A stretch of 64,000 nt of DNA, from positions 3,068,902-3,132,901 of the forward strand of contig CM082585.2 in NCBI GenBank assembly GCA_040954595.2, written 5' to 3'. Positions 56,301-64,000 of this stretch are shown piece after piece. The stretch is from Balanoglossus misakiensis. Lineage: Eukaryota > Animalia > Hemichordata. The notes under the pieces were generated by a model. That model saw only the letters and a program-made list of their open reading frames with translations, was not told where the DNA came from and did not search any database. Made by a program: the position numbers and the translations under genes. Positions within the stretch are counted from its first letter, which is position 1. Every line of letters starts with the position of its first letter.

Positions 56301-59300
56301 TGAGGGTCCTGTGTGTTGGATCGGTCGGCTGACCCCTTTGATTGTCACGTTCCTCGGCCCTGTTGGCATCATTGTTCTATTCAATGTCGTTTGCTTAATA
56401 TATACCATGTTCTCCATGTTGGCGTCGGAAAGAGAAATGAAAAAGCACCGACAGACATCGTACACGGCTCAACATGTAATCTTTTCTATCAAGATGTCTA
56501 CTGTTATGGGGTTGACGTGGATTATTGGATTTGTGGATAGCTTTTTTCAGGCCGATGTTTTGGATTACATTTTCATTCTTGCCAATACCTTGCAGGGCGT
56601 GTTCATTTTCGGGGCGTTTCTGCTACGCATGGGAACAGTCGGGCTGTACCGTGGCCTGTGTTGTAAAACCGGAGGATCTAACATCAGCACGCGTACTGGC
56701 TAAGGTGAGAACGCCACCTGTCATAACGGGTTGGCTAATTCCCCCTACCTTAAACAGGTTTTTGCTACCTAGGTGAGTGATGAAAACCTCGTATAGTCGA
56801 CAAAATTTCAAGATTGCCGATTGTTGCCATGTTAAGTGATAATGGGTCTGTCATGAAATATAGTGAACATATCATTTCTTCTATCTCTTACTACAGTGTG
56901 TTGTCCACATTTTACCCAGAATGCAATTATTATAATGTGATTTGACCCCCTAGCATAAAGTGAACACCTATTTACATGATTAAGGCGGTCAGAATTGCAA
57001 CGCCCACTTTTTTGCCTCTCACTAACATAAATCAAAGCGACCATGTCATTCATTTTACGGTGTGTTCTATGAACTGTGAGCGGTCATCGTATGGCCTGCT
57101 TGTGAATTCTACCCTCTCTGTGTATCCATTGACGGATATTCCCCCTCCCCAAAAACAGTGTTTTGTAGGGTATCGACCTGTCATCAATCAAATCGACGCT
57201 TTGGAAAAAATAATGTTTCAGGTAATAAACAGTACCACTGTTGTTGGAATAAACATTTAAAACGGCTGGGGTGGACCAACATAATAAGAGGGAGTTATAT
57301 TTATTGGACAATCTACAAAGGGCTTATTTTACTTCCAGTGGTCGTTAACGAAAGTTCAAGTTTAGAATAAAGATTACACAACAAGCCACAAAAGCAACGA
57401 TGCTACAATGTTTATGTAAAAATAACATAAAATAAAGCAATTGTCGACTTTATTCTATTACTGTAATGTATTTCTACGTTGTATTTGTTCGAAATAACTG
57501 ACTTTTAGCTATGAGATGTATAAAATATTGCGTCAGACTTGTAAAAATGCTCTGTAGTAGATACCCAAAGAAATGTTATGAAATATTATGCCACATTGAT
57601 ATATCATATACAAGAACAAACCCTACATGAATATATCATATTAAAAATATTTTTTTTCAATGTAATTTACAAGATGAATGGGACAACAAGAAATTCTTCA
57701 TGAGAAAATCTTTATGAATTCATTTGTGGGAAATCTTAAATATGTTTGTATTGTAATTGTTTTAGCGAAATTTGTATAACTAATAAACTTTCAGTGTTAG
57801 AGATTCAAAACGTCACTTGTACCAGAAAAAATACGGTCATAAATATGAAATGATTGAATCGTCTTGCAATTTCTTTTGTCTGTTATCTACCGTTGACTTG
57901 GTCATACGAATATAAAAACTGATGAGCAAGATGGATGGATGGATGGATGGGCGTGTGGATGGATCGGTTGGCATGGACCAGAAAGGGGTAAAAAATTATT
58001 GCCTACAATTTTGGTGACCTCTTTAACCTTCTTTCCAGATACAGCAGATACAGCATTGACACTTGATGCAATGGATTTGTCATGATTATCTCTATTCACT
58101 TTGCTTGGTCCCCTTCAATGCTGTTTGCAGCTTTAATTTGTAAATGTATTCAAATCATGATCTTTGACCAGTTATTGCAATTACCTTCCGTATTAGCTGT
58201 GGTACGCAGTTGCAACGACACGACTGGGGTAGGAACATTTGAATGTCAACAGAAAACAAAGTGAGAGTTCAATAAAACGCCCTATACAAGCCTAAACTCT
58301 GATTATTTCTGGTCCAAAAACTCCTTTCGTGAAAAAATCACTGGTCTATTTACGTATTTAAGCAGATTTTCCAAGGAGTACTACCCGCTGGAAGTGACTG
58401 CCGGGTATAGTACAAACATACTATGTACATGTATATACATTTCTGGGATGTCGACGGTCACGACAACGGCGCGGAAGCCCGCCCTCTCCGCTCGCCTGAC
58501 GACATCCTTCGTTATTTCGCGGTCGCGACAGATGTAAACGTCCTGCCACATCGGCGCTGCCGGTCGTGCGGCCGCGACCTCCTCCAGGGATTTTGTGGAC
58601 GCGGGACTCATCACCAGTAACGCGTTCAGATCCGCTGCCGCAGATGTCGAAAAGTGGTTAGCCGGTGAGAGGCGACCGGGAAAAATGCGACATTTTCGCG
58701 AAGATAATTCTACTTATTAGGCCATAGGCTAGGCTGGTATCTAGACCATAGTGTGTCCCGCATCTTACCCATTTATATAAATAGCCATGAAACAGGAGAG
58801 ATCACGGAACAAATCTGAGTGGAATTTACTGTCAATACACAATTTTTGGGGAAATTCGATCTTTGTTTACCTTTCAGCAAACATACATACATCCCAATCT
58901 GATTAAAATCAGATGTAGGGAACGGCGACGTGGTTTTTTTATGCTGTCGCCTCACACTACATCTGACCAAGTCTCAATGGAGATCCCGCTGAACTCTCGC
59001 GTTCCGACCCGGCCAATCAGATTGCGTGTTATGCCGACTAAGGAATTGCACTGGGAGATAGGAGAAATGTTGTTGTTGACTTCGAGTATCGCACAGAATA
59101 CGAAAGATTGGCTTTCTCTTGTGAACAATTACATGTAATCCCATGGTATCTTTCTTTGTTTGGCGTTATCGTATTCGAGTGGTTTTCGCAGAGCAGTGGA
59201 AACGTCGAGCTGTAGCCATATACAAATGATGAACTGTCGTTGATCATTTATAAACTCTCCTAAAAGTCGTCATGTTCGCCCTCGTAGTCATGCTGCCAGT

Positions 59301-60145
59301 CGGGAAAATGACGTACTTCATGTAAAAGTTTATAAAAAAATAAACCAAATTTCACTGCCATGTATCCCAAAACAATTTATGTGACAGATTTTTAAAAAGA
59401 ACGCTAACTTCGGCTAAGGAACGTCAAGTCATAGCTCCGCCTTCAGGTCTGTGTGTTCCCGACGCACCACAGCCCTGCATAAGGCCCCATAGACAAAACT
59501 GGTGCGTCTGCGGTCCGGACCCGGACGCCTGACCGCAGCTTTTTCTGTCGAAATTCGATTTTATCGAAGCAAAATCCTTTCCCTGTCTACTTCAACCGAC
59601 CCCAAATACATTTGTATGATGCGATTAACTTCTTCTAACGTCCGTGTAACGCCGGGAACACACAGACCTGCACGCAGAGCTAGTCAGTGCACTCTCGTGT
59701 ATACAAACGATCGTGGCGACAGAATCTCTCCCTGGGACGGCCTTACACAAATGTAATCGATTCTCTAACAATTTTACTGCGACTTGTTGCCACATTTCGT
59801 TGACCGGTGGAATATAGAGGTTCAGTCGTCACGCTGAACTGGCTCGAAACCATTCCCCACGCTGATTCGACTCTCGCGCCCGGGATATACGTCTGTGGTA
59901 GCTCCATATGGTAACAACTGCAAGCGGCCAGGTCATGTGATTGTGTGTTGCCTATCATTTGCTATAAGGCGCCTTCTGATTGGATTAGAATCCCAGTAAT
60001 TCTCGCGGAGTTCAGCGAGATCTCCATTGAGAGTTGGTCAGATGTAGTGTGAGGCGACAGCATAAAAAAAACACGTCGCCGTTCCCTACATCTGATTTTA
60101 ATCAGATTGACATACATCCATACATCCGTCCATCCATACATCCAT

Positions 60146-60180
<35 letters not shown>

Positions 60181-63100
60181 TACATGTACATACATACATA
60201 CATACATACATACATACATACATACATACATACATACATACATACATACATACATACATACATACATACATACATACATACATACATACATACATACATA
60301 CATACATACATACATACATACATACATACATACATACATACATACATACATACATACAATACATACATACATACGCCAGCTGTAGTAAAATATGTATACA
60401 ATTCGTTTAAAATCTCCACTCTACCTGGTAGCTCTGCTTGCTTTGCAGATGTATTCTTCGTTTAGGCTCGGTTATGCTCTGGATGTCTTCCGGTATTTCT
60501 ATAACACCACGTTTCAGTGAGACCTGTTTCAGAACACTCCAAAAGAACTTGAAGAAAAATCCCATAATAAGCGCTTGCCTGTAGCCAGCACTCTGTCCCG
60601 TTATAGGTAGGTCTTCACTCAAAATACTGAGTGCGTCATTCAACAGGGCTTCATTCCAAGTTCTACGGTTAGATACATATATATTCGATATAGAATTGTT
60701 TAGACATTTATGACTACTTATATCTTTCAGCGCGTCCGCTGCAAGGGTAGGTATAAAGCGCAGTAGGAAATTGAAAACGGTATATTGACTGATCATAAAC
60801 ATCCCGCAGTTAACCCCGGAATCCCACAGTTGACTCTGCGAAAGATACAGTGTACCTCCAAAATACAAACAAATGGTCACGTAAAAAATGAATTCCTGAT
60901 CACCTCAATTACAAGAAAAAATGGATTTTCTTCCAAATGAAATGGAATTTATGAAAGAAATTTTACACAGATATTCTTGAAACGTTTCTTCGTTGAATGC
61001 GGCATACTTTAGCTTAATATTTCCAAGTGAAAAGTAGTTACGAGGCGTGATAATTTTCAGCCCACAGCACTCTCATGTGATCATTTGATAATACTCTGGT
61101 GGTCCACTGTATGTTTCGCAGAATTAACTGTGGGATTTCTTTGGTCAACTGTTAGTTGTTGATAGTCAAAAGGCTTTTTTTCAATTCTCCGCTGCGTTTT
61201 TTACCTACCATGCGCTGAGTTGAAACCCACATTAAGGATATATGCGACTCCACAAATTGGTACTGACCCAACAGCATGACAACGTCCATTGCTTGTTACG
61301 CTAACATCATTGCTTGAATACAAAAAATAATTTGGATTGCAAATTTGTTCCTCTCACTTTCTTAACAGTGACATATGCAATATTGCTTGACATTATTCAC
61401 TGAATTAGCAAGTTGCTTGCTCTTGATCACAGTGACAAGACTTATAATAACATCACATCGACAATAAACTCAATGCAATTTTAATGTTTATCCTCACCTC
61501 CTTCGAAGTTTGAATTCAGTTCTTCGCGCCGATTTCAAAGCTGTAGCGATCCCGCCAAAAATAAGTCGCAGCTCCACTACTGTCAAAGTGTCTGGCTCGA
61601 ACGACACGTACATGCCAGCATTCACCATGGATACATTGTCCTCTCGTCTGTGGAGGAGCTTGGCGACCTTAAAACCATGACAGTATTCGTTCTGAAAGGA
61701 TTGTACAGCAGACACGTTATTACAGACTGTTTTATGCTCGACATGTCGACGTGATGAACAAGTAAATCAAGATGCAGTGGAGGAAAGCATATCGGATACT
61801 TACATCATCTGTGAAGGGCACAACAACCGAGAGAAGGATTTCATTCTCTTTCAAAGACGTTGTGCGATTACCGAGAAAGAAACCTGGATGCAGTGCTGCG
61901 CTGCGACGGCATCCTGTGAAATTGCATGATGTAGGTCATATACATTTTGTAGAATAAAACTAACACTTGTTTGCCAGCCTTATGCCTATATTTGCATAGG
62001 GTCGTCTTTATATATCTACCTGCAAATCTAGATGACATAGACACCATGGTGGACCGAAGCAACATGTTTCTGCACCAATACACAGTCTAAATGCTTGTCT
62101 GGAGGCAAGCACTGAATTCCAAAGAAACTTGCAACCACTAAAGCACTGTGAAAAGACTACACTCGTTCCCTGCCGAAAGAGGGCGATGCGCTTTAGGCCG
62201 TTGTACACAAGGGAGAAGTATCCACCACCATTTTGTCCAGTCATTACCGTAGGATTCAAACCTACACGCACCTTTTTGCTAAAGGCGTGTGTAGGTTTCA
62301 AACCTACATACACCTTGTGGCCGATATCGACAAGCGTGTGTAGGTTTCAAACTTACACGCACCTATTTGCAAAACTTTACGGGTGTTTAACGAAGTTGGG
62401 ACATGCGCAGTGAAGTGAGCAGTCCATGGCACTTTCACAATAACGTAAAATGACTGGACACAATGGCGATAGATATATTTGTCTCTTTGGGGGAAGGAAT
62501 GAGTCTTCGGGGAGACGAGGATACAGACAACGTCTCGAATCACTAACAATGCCTCTCGAAAAGAAAGGAAGCAATAAAAAGGCATTAAGCATTAACTATG
62601 TTTTATCTTTGAATTACACCTTACCATCAGAGGAAATGATGTTCACAGTACACCCGCCAGCAGCCATTATGGGGATTAAGTCAGAGCATGAGTTTGCTGT
62701 CATAATATGGCTTCCTATGCCCTGTAAAAATAAAATGGTCAAATGAATTGATGCCTTAAATGTCCATAAAACAGCGTTCTATTTAAGCAATAACCCCCGC
62801 CTAAGGCGGGTGTACACAATATTGGAGTACAATTCGAGACATATAGCACGAGCCGTAAGGGTCATGCTATATGGAGCGAATTGTACCCAAATCACTTGTA
62901 TATCCGACAGAGGCGGGGGTTACTGCTATTAAATTATATCAACCCTTAATTTTGTGGCATATCAGTGTCATTTTCTTAACGAAACAGCGTCAGAAGAAGA
63001 AAATACGATAGTTAACGTACCTCGTGACGGGGAAAGTAACCACGAGAGGCCCGGGATCGAGCATTAAACATGAATTAGACGACAAAAAGTGACTAGACAG

Positions 63101-64000
63101 GCATCGCGCATAGCAAAATACCAAATAATAAAATTTCCGTAAATTCAACAATATTCTAATTTTATTTATTTAGCTTAACTCCATGCGACTATGCTTTAAC
63201 CGCACATTTTCCCTGATGCATGCTAGTTCAGTGGCCCGTTTTACCACTGTCAGCAGTGGTAAACCAGTATTTTACAATCGTTCAATAAGACGAATGGCGG
63301 ACGATAGCATGGTTTATAACTTCTCTTTTATACTGTTTCTATTAACTGAGCTTACTCTCTTCCTTTGTACATTACGAATAATACGACTTGTTTTCGCTTG
63401 ACAATCGTTACACCAATGTAGCGTGAAACTCTGAGTGGCAAGAAAGTTTTATTTTCTATATTCATACATACCGATCTGTTAAGTGCTTGCTGTCCGAAGT
63501 CTGCTGATGTTTCAAGTATAGCCTTCATTATATGCAGTGTGAAACCTGTAACAATGATATTATTTATCGCAAATTAGAACTTGACATGGCAATCGCTTAT
63601 GGCTAGGTTTCATATCATTCTGGTAATGTTTCTATGAATTCATCAAAGAACGAGAAATCTTAATGAACGTTACAAAAGTTTTAGGCTGCATGCCTAAAGG
63701 ACACCGCGTTACCGAAGCGTTCGACTGTTTTCGAATAAAAAAAACCTTAACAGCAATCGAAATAAGAAGCCTCTCGCTGTGTTCAAAGAAGAACATAGAA
63801 TTCCTGGCCACTACAGTCAATTGATTTATAGTATTATCATACCTCCACGATCAGACAGTTTGTTTTCCAGGGCATCATAAATGCTGGCCAAGGTTACAGA
63901 CGAACCAAACGTGATGCCTTTCTCGGTCACATCGATACTGTTGAACTCTGGTATGTTTGTTACCGAGATCATGATTAAATCCATTGATCTAGTTAACGTT
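26687..64000 (-). CDS. XDH: Xanthine dehydrogenase/aldehyde oxidase family molybdo-flavoenzyme (FAD and Moco domains; 5' Fe-S exons outside the window); AOX-like active site
   Basis: Phase-consistent exons: >64000-63843, 63545-63472, 62721-62625, 61913-61804, 61691-61498, 60662-60425, 39502-39385 ([23 protein letters not shown]), 36848-36797, 36663-36561, 36087-35968, 35688-35470 (QEHFYMETH), 35127-34994 ([11 protein letters not shown]), 34601-34421, 32665-32474 (MRGFGTPQ), 31201-31050, 30433-30352 (RWKKRGI), 29546-29322 ([20 protein letters not shown]), 29084-29010, 28806-28754, 28209-28029 ([17 protein letters not shown]), 27532-27344 (VEGGFVQG), 26860-26687 ([19 protein letters not shown]). 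The family is certain; orthology to XDH proper is not. Confidence 0.95.
29722..29825. repeat. Compound microsatellite (GGAT)n(GCAT)n(GGAA)n
   Basis: Directly visible. Confidence 0.95.
31382..31738. mobile_element. TTAA-flanked Kolobok-like MITE family (also 40586-40942, 48179-48535; partial at ~4861 and ~32220-33010)
   Basis: Ends TTAA|AGCC... and ...GGCT|TTAA. Shared core GCCAC..TTTGCATTATTTTCATG ... AAATTTGGCAGCT. Confidence 0.7.
33298..34381 (+). mobile_element. Crypton-like (DUF3504/tyrosine recombinase) deleted element in an XDH/AOX intron
   Basis: Relic ORF from ATG 33476: [26 protein letters not shown], an intron, then [27 protein letters not shown] (to ~34040). This resembles the N-terminal region of Crypton/KCTD1-ZMYM-type DUF3504 proteins. 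Its ends are shared with three non-coding relatives. Confidence 0.65.
38287..38416. repeat. Perfect palindrome with ~60 bp arms
   Basis: GAATAATGAACGCCCCAAAGACCCATAATGGACGAAAGCACACATTGTGCGTCATAATATAC, loop GAGGAA, then the exact reverse complement. Confidence 0.95.
39486..42328. repeat. Segmental duplication copy A (last part of the intron plus the first 17 nt of XDH/AOX exon 39502-39385)
   Basis: Near-identical to 47032-49763, including the (CATA)n tract at 39587-39707. Confidence 0.95.
41780..42328 (+). mobile_element. Non-autonomous relative of the Crypton-like element (also 49246-49763, and 62783-63319 reversed)
   Basis: Same 5' end TTATATCATGCTACCGT.CGCCATTCTGATTGGACGAGAGCT and 3' end AAATCTCGTGT.TACCCGC....GCGGGGGTT.TT.C.TAA as 33298-34381. 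Confidence 0.75.
42667..43155 (+). repeat. Interspersed repeat family R (reversed copies at ~46765-47030 and 49776-50172; fragments at ~59225-59290 and 59740-59880)
   Basis: Shared CCTAGGGCTATGTACCGGGACCTGGACCCGACAGCCACAAGCGTCCAT and TTACACAAATGTAATCGATTCTCTAACAATTTTA blocks. Confidence 0.85.
43280..44338 (+). mobile_element. 5'-truncated L2/CR1-group LINE (RT C-terminus, 3' UTR and (TTA)n tail)
   Basis: ORF 43300-44145 has [42 protein letters not shown] and [16 protein letters not shown] and a (TTA)n tail at ~44301-44338. Confidence 0.92.
44715..45530. mobile_element. Mutator/MULE-like foldback MITE with ~295 bp TIRs
   Basis: GGCTAGTTATACTTTGCGAAAC... / ...GTTTCGCAAAGTATAACTAGCC. 9-bp TSD AGTGTGAAC at 44706-44714 and 45531-45539. 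Internal CGAAACAA tandem subrepeats. Confidence 0.88.
47032..49763. repeat. Segmental duplication copy B, carrying a duplicated XDH/AOX splice acceptor
   Basis: Matches 39486-42328 except for a ~125 bp segment (about 41370-41495) and microsatellite length. Flanked by two same-orientation copies of repeat R. Confidence 0.95.
50258..50364. repeat. Imperfect hairpin centred on CTCGCCTGCGGCTCG
   Basis: ACGTCATCGTATAC..TGGTTTTCG..AACTTC pairs with GAAGTT..CGAAAACCA..GTATACGATGACGT. Confidence 0.8.
50801..56703 (+). CDS. Class B (secretin/adhesion/Methuselah-like) 7TM receptor with mucin stalk, somatomedin-B domain and Cys-rich repeats; nested antisense in the XDH/AOX intron
   Basis: Exon 50801-51620: signal peptide [17 protein letters not shown]-rich stalk, [25 protein letters not shown]|gtaag donor. 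Phase-1 exon 54395-56703: two Y.NIHCAIC.G repeats, then 7tm_2 motifs [35 protein letters not shown] and NTLQGVFIF. About 1042 aa. Confidence 0.9.
52175..53049. mobile_element. Degenerate TIR element in the GPCR intron
   Basis: TGGTATGTAAGAGGTC..GACAAAGTGAGCGTC vs GATGCTCAGTTTGTC..GACCCTTACATACCA. Confidence 0.55.
58440..58643 (-). pseudogene. HAO: Isolated exon fragment of an FMN-dependent alpha-hydroxyacid oxidase (HAO/glycolate oxidase family)
   Basis: [66 protein letters not shown] matches the HAO pattern S.EEVA...W.Q.Y...DR......V.RAE..G..A..VTVD.P. It is a GC-rich island. No other HAO exons were found, and the acceptor position reads CAT instead of CAG. Confidence 0.8.
58895..60109. mobile_element. 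TIR DNA element (~130 bp TIRs) inserted in a (CATA/CATC) microsatellite
   Basis: CAATCTGATTAAAATCAGATGTAGGGAACGGCGACG... and its reverse complement at 59975-60109. ACATACATCC on both sides, so the TSD length is ambiguous. Confidence 0.8.
59432..59682. mobile_element. Academ-like MITE nested in the 58895-60109 element
   Basis: TAGCTC..CAGGTCTGTGTGTTCCC / GGGAACACACAGACCTG..GAGCTA with a 4-bp TSD GTCA. TAG...CTA ends fit Academ. Confidence 0.7.
60110..60373. repeat. (CATA)n/(CA)n microsatellite
   Basis: Directly visible; lies ~50 bp from the 60425 exon donor. Confidence 0.97.

Noticed and set aside
62245-62365. Three spaced copies of GTAGGTTTCAAACCTACA resembling a CRISPR array
   Set aside because: Eukaryotic intron, only three degenerate units, short related spacers and no cas genes; a minisatellite or MITE subrepeat.

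Overview
AT-rich, intron-rich animal genomic DNA. The repeat content and gene types suggest a marine invertebrate, possibly an ambulacrarian or hemichordate, but this is inference only. I assembled the genes by hand from splice sites and reading frames. (1) The 3' half of a receptor tyrosine kinase on + (141-7455) with broken catalytic motifs (HRD->HRK, DFG->SFS, no Gly-rich loop), i.e. a predicted pseudokinase. (2) A candidate secreted Cys-containing protein gene of unknown family on - (about 24038-20948), with further possible exons at 10.8-15.2 kb. (3) A large xanthine dehydrogenase/aldehyde oxidase family gene on - (>64000-26687) that keeps the catalytic Glu but lacks the xanthine-binding and NAD-related residues. 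Its ~21 kb intron (39503-60424) holds an intact antisense SMB-domain class-B/adhesion-like GPCR gene, an orphan hydroxyacid-oxidase exon with a dead acceptor, and a ~2.7 kb duplication that copies the next exon's acceptor. Transposons fill the rest: Harbinger-, P-, Mutator-, Kolobok- and Academ-like MITEs with visible TSDs, Tx1/L1 and L2 LINE remnants, Crypton-like tyrosine-recombinase relics and many long hairpins. No rRNA, tRNA or CRISPR array was seen.
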